Assembly: GCA_051294375.1 (NCBI GenBank)
Contig: CM119269.1
Span: 18,955,987-18,975,239 of the forward strand
Direction: 5' to 3'
From: Paraspadella gotoi
Taxonomy: Eukaryota; Animalia; Chaetognatha
DNA length: 19,253 bases
Below the pieces are notes generated by a model that did no database searches, was not told the origin of the DNA, and saw only the letters and a list, made by a program, of their open reading frames with translations. Of this stretch, positions 1 through 10,160 are shown in pieces; the stretch's first letter is position 1, and every line of letters begins with the position of its first letter. The position numbers were made by a program, and so were the translations under genes.

Positions 1-25
1 CGACTCCGCCAGAGATCAACCAGAT
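1..25 (-). CDS. Next exon of the SLC35G-like gene, truncated by the window edge
   Basis: Acceptor ctccctttcgctcAG followed in phase 0 by IWLISGGV, continuing ...KEVSES into the next hydrophobic helix. Confidence 0.65.
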
Positions 26-426
26 CTGAGCGAAAGGGAGACAACGCAGGAGGTTTTTGGTAGAATGAAAATTATATGTACGTGTTAAAGTTAATGTGCA
101 TTTAATTGTATCATTTAGATGATTGCCTATATTTATTTTGCTCTGAGCAAAATGAGGTAAAATACAACCATGACAATCATAAATAATTGCTGGCTATACA
201 ACGCTTGTCAACAACAGTTGTACCNNNNNNNNNNNNNNNNNNNNNNNNNNNNNNNNNNNNNNNNNNNNNNNNNNNNNNNNNNNNNNNNNNNNNNNNNNNN
301 NNNNNNNNNNNNNNNNNNNNNNNNNNNNNNNNNNNNNNATGCCCACAATGCCCCACAATGTGGGCCACATCTACGCCTCACGTCACCAACTTATCATATT
401 CCCTACTCCCGTCTCCGTCAACCCAC
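26..426 (-). other. Spliceosomal GT-AG intron containing an N-gap
   Basis: GTGGGT donor at 426, TCAG acceptor ending at 26, AT-rich interior. Confidence 0.6.
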
Positions 427-717
427 CGACTCGGAAACTTCCTTGAAAATCCCCACGAGAGTGTTGAGCGTCGCCGCGCAGACTCCAGCGGCGAACGCCC
501 ACAGGTAACCGACGGCGGAGGAGGAAGAAGAGGAAGCTGAGGAAGAGAAGTCGAAGAAAAAGGAGGGTTGGGTGACGAAGATGGCGCCGAAGACGCAGAG
601 GACGAGAGCGACGCCCTGCGGCGAAGTTGGGAGGCGTCGGCGCCAGAGAGAATCGAGGAAGGACGTGTAGATGACGCTGAAGTTATAGAAGAGGACGACG
701 TCGCCGACGGGGACGAG
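427..717 (-). CDS. Internal exon of an SLC35G-like (EamA/DMT family) membrane transporter
   Basis: Open 97-codon frame read by hand: LVPVGDVVLFYNFSVIYTSFLDSLWRRRLPTSPQGVALVLCVFGAIFVTQPSFFFDFSSSASSSSSSAVGYLWAFAAGVCAATLNTLVGIFKEVSES. This matches the EamA/SLC35G pattern (PxGD ... GxxxxxxP-x-F-x-F, then a GYxxAxxAG helix). Strong bias to C-ending codons. Bounded by acceptor ctctccattccAG and donor GTGGGT, both phase 0. It has no internal start codon giving a long ORF, so it is absent from the ORF track. Confidence 0.85.
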
Positions 718-917
718 CTGGAATGGAGAGAGTTGGGGGGGTGGTAAGCGAATGGGGGAGAGTGGTGTGGTGGTTTGGTTGTAATCGATTTTGGCGGAAC
801 TCCTGAGAAAGCACCCGATTTTCGTGATCTGCTGGAAATGATGATGACGGAGTTTTTTTCACGAGATTCGATTGCGTCCTCTTCCTACGAGTCAACTTAC
901 CCTCTCGCCGAACTCAC
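718..917 (-). other. Spliceosomal GT-AG intron (200 nt)
   Basis: GTGAGT donor and pyrimidine tract plus CAG acceptor between two EamA-like exons. A second donor-like GTAAGT starts at 900. Confidence 0.7.
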
Positions 918-1245
918 CTTCTGCCCCTGACGTAGAACATCCGTCGCCGATGTAAAAAAGAGCGAAGCCGCGTGGCGGCGATGGTCTTCCAGCCCCGCCA
1001 CAAAGCCGCAGCACGGACGTGGCGCTACGAGCCGCAACAGCTGGCCATCAACAAGGAGACGCTCATGAGATTCCCGATAAGGTCGACGCGACGTCGCGGG
1101 AGAATTTCCCGAGTGAAGATCGAAAATGACCAACTGAAGGCGGTGATGAGGGAGGCGAAGACGCAGTTGGCTTTGGGCTCGAGTAGAAGGTGGAGATGAG
1201 AAGGCGGTGGCCGGGCGTGGGAGATGGCGGATGATGCGGCGATTT
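918..1245 (-). CDS. Upstream exon of the SLC35G-like gene, frameshifted in this assembly; 5' boundary uncertain
   Basis: GC-rich. Hydrophobic segments ANCVFASLITAFSWSFSIFTREIL...LIGNLMSVSLLMASCCG, LWRGWKTIAA, RGFALFYIG and MFYVRG/QK lie in shifting frames. Ends at donor AAG|GTGAGT (918/917); the terminal CAG-AAG (QK) joins LVPVGD in phase 0. Confidence 0.55.
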
Positions 1246-1973
1246 CAATAAGGTTTTACTCGTTTAGTTGTAGCCTAATTTCAAATAATATCGATGCGAT
1301 GGTGGAGAGAGGAAAGGTGCCAACGAAGCGACGCGGCCAGTAGCGCCCTTTTTATTTGACGAAGTGAGTGAAGTAAAAATGAGGTTTGGTGTTGAGACGT
1401 TTAAAATAGTCCGTACCGAGTCGTCTAAAACGTTTTTTAATACAAAAAAACACGTTTTTTTTGTTTTTTTTTTAGATTTAAATGCGAGGTTGAAATCGGG
1501 TCTTGTCGACCTTCCAGCTTCTTTCCTCCTCCTCATTCTCCAATTTTTTTTTAAAAGTGTTTTTGACGGTTTTAAGAAAATATAAAGAGATCACGTGTCT
1601 ATTTTAGAAAGCGATTACTTATTGACTTGTAAAGATTTTTACAGTAGAGAGTTAATTTTAAACTTTTTTTAAGAATATTTCATTACATAACAACAGCGGT
1701 CCTCCCACCGCATAAATTGAACGTGATAAGGGGAAAAACGGCGTCACGCAGATTAACCGTTTTGATTTCCTACTCTTCCGCCAGAGGCCGAGGAGGCGCC
1801 GCCTTTTCGGCCTAATAAACCAGAAGAGATAAAAACAAAAGGTCATCGAATAGAAAGTAGAGACTCACGAATCTCCGCGCTTTCGTAGGAATAAATATCA
1901 AAAGCCGGAGAATTAATGGGCGGGAAAAGGCGTGAGCCGAGAGGGAAGGTAGAGGAAAGAAGAAAGAAGAAGA

Positions 1974-2003
1974 AGAGAGAGAGAGAGAGAGAGAGAGAAA
2001 GAG

Positions 2004-2066
<63 letters not shown>
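1974..2066. repeat. (GA)n microsatellite
   Basis: Directly visible, slightly interrupted. Similar GA/TC tracts at about 3351-3420, 7495-7529, 8280-8335, 11940-11990, 14350-14620, 14732-14796, 15368-15398, 15871-15890 and 16876-16950. Confidence 0.95.
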
Positions 2067-2069
<3 letters not shown>

Positions 2070-3005
2070 ATCGAATTAAAATGTTTCAGGAATAGAGAGA
2101 GAGAGGGGGAGTAAGAAATAGGGAGATAAATAAGGAGAGCATTTGAGGAGAGCAGAAGAAGCAACGCAAGCATGAACCTAATTGCCATTTTAAACCGATA
2201 TTTGATCCTCCTTCTATCTTTATTTTCAATGTTCACCTTCTATCTCCACCTCAATCCTAAATATTATATCACCTTTCTTATACTTTATTCAATTTCTCTT
2301 CTCCGCCTTCCTCCCTATTTTCTCATTTCCTCCAATAATATTTTCTTATTTTTTCTCCTTTTTCTCCTTCCCCCCCATTTTTCCTTCTTTTCCCCCCTTC
2401 TTCCTCCACCTCCCAGTCCTCCCACTTTCGAGTATTTCTCTAAATCTTCTTCACATTTCTTCCTCCTTCACCACCAGTTTTTCTTTCCGTCCCATTTCCC
2501 AAATCTCCCCGACTTTTTCAAGTCGAAAATTTCGGGAGCAAAACATCGTGAAATTAGCGCGACCCTGTCAGCTTCGGCTTAGAGGCTCCCTTCGTATCAC
2601 GGTTATTGAAACCTGCGGTAGGGATGTATTAACAGTGAAATTATAGATGAGATTATACAGTGAGATTATAGATTTAGAAATGAGATCGGGGTGTATAATA
2701 GTTGAATTCTTTTAAAATTATATATAATTGAATCTCATGTATATCAGTTTTTTAATAATAATTTGGGCTTTTTTTACGGTCGAAAAATTAATAATATCAG
2801 TCGGAATTCTTTAAACTACATTAATTTAAATTCTCTTCATTTCGCCCTTCTTATGTTTTTTCATATTTCCTTTGTATATTTTTTAAACTTTTTTCTTTTT
2901 CTCTTCTCTTCTCTCCTGATTTTTTTCCCTTATCATTCTCTCCACCTTCATGCGATGATCACAGACAGGGACAGAATCGCAGGATATCAGGATGGCGTCT
3001 GCTAA

Positions 3006-3052
3006 GCAGCGGCGAGGCAGCGGCGAGGCAGCGGCGAAGCGGCTGCGGCGAA
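3006..3052. repeat. 11-bp tandem repeat GCAGCGGCGAG, about 4 copies
   Basis: Units start at 3006, 3017 and 3028, with a variant at 3042. Confidence 0.85.
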
Positions 3053-3179
3053 GTGCCTCTGAAAGATGACGGTGATGTAAGTCGGATGTAAATTAGTGGT
3101 GACGATGATAATAACGCAGACGATGAAAATGACAACAACAACAACCGCGCATGAAAACGAAGAAGGTAATGCTCGTGTC

Positions 3180-3194
3180 GACGACGACGACGAC

Positions 3195-3245
<51 letters not shown>
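3180..3245. repeat. Compound (GAC)n(GAT)n microsatellite
   Basis: Directly visible. Confidence 0.95.
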
Positions 3246-3248
<3 letters not shown>

Positions 3249-3346
3249 GATAGATGAAAGCGGAACGACAACGACCGAGTCTGCGACTGGCGACTAGAGG
3301 GGGCGGGGTAATGTTTCTCGATTAATATTTAATGAAACTGATGAGG

Positions 3347-3406
<60 letters not shown>

Positions 3407-3964
3407 AGAGAAGAAGAGAGCTGTTAGATTCAAATGGTAGGAAAGGACAGAAATAAAATTTGTTTAAAAGTAATATTTGAAAAGAGATAATGGATAATTA
3501 GAACTTGTGAAAAAAAATGGAACAGGTTAGATGAAGAAAATTTACAGTTATAGTACAATTAACAATTAAATTATTAAATGTATAATAAATAAATAATTAA
3601 ATAAATAAATGAATAGATAAATGAATAAATAAATAAATAAATGTATACAAAATTAATTAATATAAACAGAAATAAGTAAATAGATAATTAGAAAAATGAA
3701 GTAAATAAACAAATAAACATATATAAAAAAATTTTAACAAATCAAATATAAACGAAGTAGGATAACATGCAGTTTAGACAATTGAGTCAGGGAAATGGTG
3801 GAGTTGAAGTTGCGGAACTGAAAGTCTCAGTGAAAAAGAAATTGTGGAGCGAGAGAATCTAGATTTTTTTTTCTTCAAACGGGAATTTTCAAAAGTTGAT
3901 TGAAATGTGAGACGGAGGCTTTAAACTCGAGGATGGCAAAATCACCGAATGAGTTAGAAAGAAG

Positions 3965-3996
<32 letters not shown>

Positions 3997-5087
3997 AAGA
4001 AATAAAAAGAGGGAAATGAATAAATAAGAAAAAAAAAGGAATGAATGAAAGAGAGAAAGAAGGCAGGAAAAGAAAAGAAAAGAAAGAAAATAGTCCAATA
4101 AGAAAAGAAAGAAAAAAAGCGAGAAAAAGAAAAGAAAGACGTGATGCGGATGACCTTGTAAACCTGGGACTTCTTTTGAGGGAAAGCGACAGAGAGAGAG
4201 AGAGAGGGAAATAGTGAGAAAGAGAGAGAATCAGGAATAAAGAGACAGCGAGAGCTAGAGAATAGGACAGGGAGAGAGAAAGAGTGAGAGAGAAAATGAT
4301 AGAGAGAATAAAAGGAGAAAACGTCCTTTTAAGGACACAAATTCTTTAACATAAAGACCTCTAGAACAACTCCCTTTTTCCCCCCCTTATTTTATTCCAT
4401 TTTCTCCCTTTTTTTTCCTTTCTTTTCTCTTTTTTCTTTTTTCTCCAAAAACGTTTTGAATTTTTTTTGTGTCAAACTGTTGGTCGGAGTCAAAATGTTT
4501 ACGGCGGCGCCTCGTTCTCTCTTCTCTCTCGAATTCGAAGAACCAACTTCCCTCTCGCCCTCGATGACGTCAATGTTTAAATGTATTTAAAAATAGAGCT
4601 ACGAGTTAATATATATAATTTAATGTAATCTTTTTTTATCATTAGAAAATATAACGTGACGAGTAAATCGCCCCCCAGAGGTGATTTCGCAATTGTGAAG
4701 GCGTTTTTCCTTCACTGATACTAAAAACTCGGCTTCAGTTTACGATGGGTGGTTGGCATGGAAACGGGCTCTTTTTCTCGCCTCTCGACCATCGTTGAAT
4801 ATTTCTTCGACATCGTCGTCTTGCTTGTCTTCGTCGTCGTCGTCGTCGTCGTCAATCATATCATTCTTCAGTTTCTTCATAATCATCATCGTCATCATCA
4901 TTGTCATCATCATCATCACTCTCAATGCACCTCCGAACGAACTTTAAAATCAACTTTGCTTTTTTGGTCATTTCTGTCTTCTATTTCGTTGTCAGCTCAA
5001 GATTTAAATTTGGGGAAAACTTTCAAGATGACATCGTCATTATCGTTGTCAGTAGCGCCCGAAACTTTGTCATCGTCCTCTCCGTCG

Positions 5088-5469
5088 NNNNNNNNNNNNN
5101 NNNNNNNNNNNNNNNNNNNNNNNNNNNNNNNNNNNNNNNNNNNNNNNNNNNNNNNNNNNNNNNNNNNNNNNNNNNNNNNNNNNNNNNNNNNNNNNNNNNN
5201 NNNNNNNNNNNNNNNNNNNNNNNNNNNNNNNNNNNNNNNNNNNNNNNNNNNNNNNNNNNNNNNNNNNNNNNNNNNNNNNNNNNNNNNNNNNNNNNNNNNN
5301 NNNNNNNNNNNNNNNNNNNNNNNNNNNNNNNNNNNNNNNNNNNNNNNNNNNNNNNNNNNNNNNNNNNNNNNNNNNNNNNNNNNNNNNNNNNNNNNNNNNN
5401 NNNNNNNNNNNNNNNNNNNNNNNNNNNNNNNNNNNNNNNNNNNNNNNNNNNNNNNNNNNNNNNNNNNNN
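5088..5469. other. Assembly gap (others at 225-338, 6610-7009, 14797-14821, 15399-15510, 17441-17465)
   Basis: Runs of N. Confidence 1.
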
Positions 5470-5547
5470 CCCAAGAACTCGGTCGTTTCGAGGACGGGAT
5501 TCCATCATGGTCGTCTCTTCGTCGTCATCATCTTCGTCATCGTCTCA

Positions 5548-5656
5548 CTTCACTTCACATTCATCTACTATGACAATGTCTTTGTCGTCTTCGTCGTCAT
5601 CATCTTTGTTATCGTTTCGCTTCACTTCACATTCATCTACTATGACAATATCTTTG
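5548..5656. repeat. Two-copy repeat with a 72-bp period
   Basis: cttcacttcacattcatctactatgacaat occurs at 5548 and 5620. Confidence 0.9.
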
Positions 5657-6201
5657 TTGTCTTTGTCATCTTCCTCGTGTTATTCATCGACCTTCGTTTT
5701 TCATCTCCTTTTCACCAAAATAAAAAAAGTAGGATGCGGAATCGAACCCGAGACCTTAAAAAATGGAGAACACGATTGGAGCGACGAGGGTCGCCGCTGC
5801 TTTTGTCGTTGTTGTCGTCGTTGTTGTAGTCTTCTCAGTAAACTTATCTTTCTCTCCACGTAATCCCATTTTTTAATCGTTTATATAAAAATGAAATTTA
5901 AATAATAAATAGAGAATAAGAAAAAAAAATCTTGAAGGCTGAACGAAAATCGAGGGTCGACACCTCGGCCGCTTTTTAGATGCATAGTGCGGCACAGTGG
6001 GCGAGGGAGGAAATATGAATCGAGTATGAGTATAAAGAAAAACGTGCAGAGCATCCGGGGAAGGGGAAAGAGGAAGGGAAGGAAGGGAGGAAGGGAAGGA
6101 AGGGAGGAAGGGAAGGAAGAAGAGAAAGAATCAATTTGGACATAAGACGAAAAGCTTAAGGGGAGGACGAATGAAAATGGGCGAAGGAGGGAAGGAAGGA
6201 A

Positions 6202-6572
6202 ATGAACATGATGAGAGCGAGAGAGGAAAAAAGGTAAACTGATCCGTTTGAACGATGAAAATGTAAACAGGTACTTAGATAGGGACTATAAATAGAAACG
6301 GCGTTCGAGGAAGGGATGGATGGTATAGAAAAGAGAGAAAAGAGTAAAAAGAATAAAAGGGAATCGATAGGAAGATGGGAGGAGGATGACGAAGATGGGA
6401 GGAGGATGAGGGAGTTAGCAAGGGAGTTTTTCTCGACTTTTTTTTATTAGTTTTCTTTAAAGAAAAAAAGGTTTAATAGTTTTTGCAAGAAGAAATAAAG
6501 TCCTCCGACGGGAAGGGAGAAAAAAAGAAAAAAAGGAAGAAGAAAAGGAAAAAAGAAAACGCACAACACAAC

Positions 6573-6607
<35 letters not shown>

Positions 6608-7488
6608 AANNNNNNNNNNNNNNNNNNNNNNNNNNNNNNNNNNNNNNNNNNNNNNNNNNNNNNNNNNNNNNNNNNNNNNNNNNNNNNNNNNNNNNNNNNN
6701 NNNNNNNNNNNNNNNNNNNNNNNNNNNNNNNNNNNNNNNNNNNNNNNNNNNNNNNNNNNNNNNNNNNNNNNNNNNNNNNNNNNNNNNNNNNNNNNNNNNN
6801 NNNNNNNNNNNNNNNNNNNNNNNNNNNNNNNNNNNNNNNNNNNNNNNNNNNNNNNNNNNNNNNNNNNNNNNNNNNNNNNNNNNNNNNNNNNNNNNNNNNN
6901 NNNNNNNNNNNNNNNNNNNNNNNNNNNNNNNNNNNNNNNNNNNNNNNNNNNNNNNNNNNNNNNNNNNNNNNNNNNNNNNNNNNNNNNNNNNNNNNNNNNN
7001 NNNNNNNNNACTTTTGAGGTTTCCCTCTTCATTTGCAAACCAAAGCTCATCCATTGGCATCGTCGAGTTAAAGCCGGGATTCGCCTCTCTGTCCCCTCTC
7101 GTTCTCTGTCTAACTCCGGTTCTGTGACTCCCTTCGCTCTCTCTCCCGTCTCTCTCTGTGTTTGCCTCTCGCTCTCCGTTTTCATCTATCTCGCTCTCTA
7201 TATTTTCCCATAAAAACTTTTTAAAAATACTCTTTCAGTGGGTAAATATTAAAAAAAAACTTTTTTTTAAAACAAAGAAAAATTATAAGCAAAACAAGAC
7301 ACCGCGAAGAAATAAAAAAAATAATCAAAGAAACAAGGTAACAAAGAAAAATGAGAGAAAAGAAAAAAATAAAGGAGAAAAAACTGAAATGAAGGGAAAG
7401 GGAAAGAAAGGAAGAAAGGAGGAAAGGCTTGAGGACATATCCTGATTGATTTCTCCTTATGTTGGGAGCCAAACAAGAGGGAAAGGAA

Positions 7489-7529
<41 letters not shown>
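6202..7529 (+). repeat. Duplicated locus, copy A (empty-site version)
   Basis: 6202-6609 aligns with 7530-~7990, 7010-7340 with 8503-8859, and 7339-7500 with 14180-14360. Differences are mostly short indels. Confidence 0.9.
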
Positions 7530-7531
<2 letters not shown>

Positions 7532-8284
7532 GAACATGATCGATGGAGAGCGGAGAGGGGGAAAAAGGAACCTGGGGGTATAACTGAACTATCCGTTGAA
7601 CGATGAAAATGTTTAAACGGATACTTAGTTAGGGGGACTATAATAGATAGAACGGCGTCGAGGAAGGCGGATGCGATGTAATATAAAAGAGAGAAAAGAG
7701 TTAAGAAGAAAAAAGGAATCGATGGAAGAGTGTGTGGAGGAGGATGGACGAAGATGGGTCAGGAGGATGAGGGAGTTTAGCAAGGGAGTGTTTCTCGACT
7801 TTTTTTTATTAGTTTTCTTTAAAGAAAAAAAAAAGGTGTTAATAGTTTGCAAGAAGAATAAAAGTCCTTCCGACGGGAAGGCGAGAAAAAAAGAAAAAAA
7901 AGAAGAAGCAAAAGGCAGGAGAAAAAAAAAAAGAAAAACGCACACAACCACAACAGAAAGAAAGAAAGAAGAAAAAAGAAAAGAAAGAAAAGACAAAGAA
8001 GAAAGAAAGAAAGAAAGGAAAAGAAAGGAAAGAGAGAAAGAAAGAGAGAAAAAGATAGAAAGAAAGCAAAAGAAAGAAAGAAAGGAAAGAAAGAAAGAAA
8101 TAAGATAAGGAAAGAAAGAAAGAGGAGGCTGGTCGAGGTCGAGAAAAGGAGGGAAAGAAATGAAAAATCAGGTTGCTTATGTCTCTTTTTCTTTTTGCTT
8201 AATCTTTCCCGTGTGGGTTTCTTGCCGCTCACAATAAAATGGAGGGGAGACAAGAGAGAGAGAGAGAGTGGAGAGTGGACTCTG

Positions 8285-8333
<49 letters not shown>

Positions 8334-8859
8334 ATCGAGAGTGAGAGAGAGTGAAGAGAGAATAGTGAGAAAAATGAGGAGAGACGAGCGGGACGGAGAG
8401 AGAGGAGAGTGGGGAGGAGGCGCGAGCGTAGGGAGAGAGATGACGAGAGGACGTTTTCCGGTCTTTAGGAGGGTTATGGACGGACAACAAATGGCCGGGT
8501 CAACTTTTGAGGTTTCCCTCTTCATATTTGCAAACCAAGCTCATCCATTGGCTCGTTTCGAGCTTAAAGCCGGGATTCGCGCTCTCTGTCCCCTTTCGTT
8601 CTCTGTCTAATCCGGTTCCTGTGACTCCCTTCGCTCTCTCTCCGTCTCTCTCTGTGTTTTGCCCTCGCTCTCGTTTTCATCTTTCGGCTTCTCTATCCTT
8701 TTCCCATTTAAAAACTTTTTAAAAAAATACTCTTTCAGTGTGGTAAACTATTTAAAAAAAACTTTTTTTTTTTTTTTTTTATTAAACAAAGAGAATATAA
8801 GCAAAACCAAGAACACCAGCGACAGAAATTAAAAATAACAAAGAAAGAAAACAAGGTTA
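7530..8859 (+). repeat. Duplicated locus, copy B, left part
   Basis: Colinear with copy A, e.g. aacgatgaaaatgt, aggaggatgaggga, acttttgaggtttccctcttcat and aaagccgggattcgc. It also covers the 400-N gap of copy A. Confidence 0.9.
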
Positions 8860-8908
8860 CAGACCTTTTTTTCTCTAGGACTCCAACGAAGTTCAGGAAT
8901 GATAACTC
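8860..8908 (+). repeat. Left terminal inverted repeat
   Basis: cagacctttttttctctaggactccaacgaagttcagg...taactc matches the reverse complement of the right end, cagacgtaacttttttctctagacctcgcagcgaagttccagc...taactc. Confidence 0.75.
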
Positions 8909-10017
8909 ATAAAGTTATCGTTTATGATATGAGCCTGAAGATTTCGCTAAAAGATGAAGGAAAATTTCCTCTATTGCCCAACCTGATGGAAAAAATAATC
9001 AATTCAAAAATTTATTGCGCTTTAAGTCTTGATTTATTCTTTATTTTGTTTTGCTTCTAAAAACAGCTATTTTCTTTTTTTAATTGTTTTATTTGTTGGA
9101 CCATATACATCGACGTAACATGCCCGCACATTATTTGATGTTAATTTCAGGGACGGTACTTTAAAAAACATAGGATTATCACATAAAAATCAGTTTTAAA
9201 AACCTTTTTTTACTTAAATAGTCAAACATATATCAAATACCGTGATGATTTTAAAAAATATTGTAAAACGTGCACTTTAACCTAAGACAACCGCCCAAAT
9301 TAAAAAAAAATTATTACCACATTAGAAAAACTTGTGATTACAAGATTAAAATTTTGTCCTTTTTTCGAGATATGCGAGTCATATTATTAAATTTTTTCTG
9401 TCCCAAGACAAATAGGGATCAAAAGCTAGATTCTAAATATATGTATATATATAGACTTTTAAAAAATTAATTTGAGTAATATGACCCAGATAACTGGTTC
9501 AAAAAATACCTAAAAAAAAAAACACAATTTTCAATTCACTTATAAAAAACTACCACCTAAAAATTATTAATTAAAATTTGTATCTGTAATTTTATACCAC
9601 TTTTAAAGGGGATTTAAGAGTTCTGGCGAGGTTTTTTTTTAAAATAGGAAAACGATTTTTAAATTTTTTTTATTAGTTTCAAAGTTATTAACCACAATGT
9701 TTTGCAGTGTTAACACAAAAGTTTTAAATTGAGAAAATTAAAATTAATTTTTGTAGGGTAAAAATATTCTTTATAACGCTAGTTAAAGGGTCGGGTCATA
9801 TTTACAGGACAGTGCGGAAAAAAAAACCAAAGACAAAACATCATGTTTTGAAAAAAGGGAGTGGTGTGAATAAGTGACGGAGTAAGTAGTTAGGCAAGGA
9901 CGTGACGCTGAGTGAGAAAAGAGAGAGGGGCAGGAAATAAGCAAGGTTCGGCTTGTTATTGCTGAAAGCTCTAACCAAATGGAAAAATTACGGCCGCGTT
10001 TCTTCATTAAGTTTTGC

Positions 10018-10160
10018 TTAGGGTTTGGTAGGGATAAGTTTAGATTGATCGGGAATAATTTATGAGTAGGGTTAGGGAATTAGTGGTTAAAGGATGAGGA
10101 TTTAAGGCATAGGGATAAGGATTAGAAATCTGGTTTAGGATTAGCGTTGGCAATAGGGAT
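10018..10160 (+). repeat. Degenerate TTAGGG/TAGGG-like tract
   Basis: ttaggg, taggg, tagggttaggg and ttagga recur, with a strong G-over-C skew. Confidence 0.5.

Larger units (their letters stand above)
4740..5700 (-). pseudogene. Broken acidic (D/E-rich) coding-like region spanning an N-gap
   Basis: Minus-strand segments HEEDDKDNKDIVIVDECEVKRNDNKDDDDEDDKDIVIVDECEVK*DDDEDDDDEE, DGEDDDKVSGATDNDNDDVILK and DDDDEDKQDDDVEEIFNDGREARKRARFHANHPS*, with in-frame stops and frameshifts. Could instead be decayed trinucleotide repeat. Confidence 0.3.

Noticed and set aside
192-365. Short inverted motifs (tacaac..gttgta; cccaca-a-tgtggg) around the first gap
   Set aside because: Short and interrupted by Ns, so no element can be defined.
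571-747. Plus-strand acidic frame GDEDGAEDAEDESDAL...
   Set aside because: It is the antisense of the C-ending hydrophobic codons of the EamA exon.
972-1199. Plus-strand 75-aa ORF with a coiled-coil-like KIENDQLKAVMREAKTQL
   Set aside because: It is the antisense shadow of the minus-strand transporter exon.
3338-3345. CTGATGAG hammerhead-like core
   Set aside because: No stem II or correctly placed GAAA follows; it runs into a GA microsatellite.
4749-7185. Long ORFs full of X
   Set aside because: Their length comes from reading through N-gaps.
7625-8525. Long K/E/R-rich and F/S/L-rich ORFs, also at 14281-14876 and 17642-18847
   Set aside because: These are translations of purine/pyrimidine low-complexity tracts that lack stop codons.
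6202-8859. Direct repeats as LTRs of a retrotransposon
   Set aside because: The copies are adjacent, with no TG..CA ends, primer-binding site or pol motifs. A duplicated locus explains them better.
9478-9802. Inverted pair aatatgaccc / gggtcatatt as a nested MITE
   Set aside because: Only about 10 bp match and no target duplication is evident.
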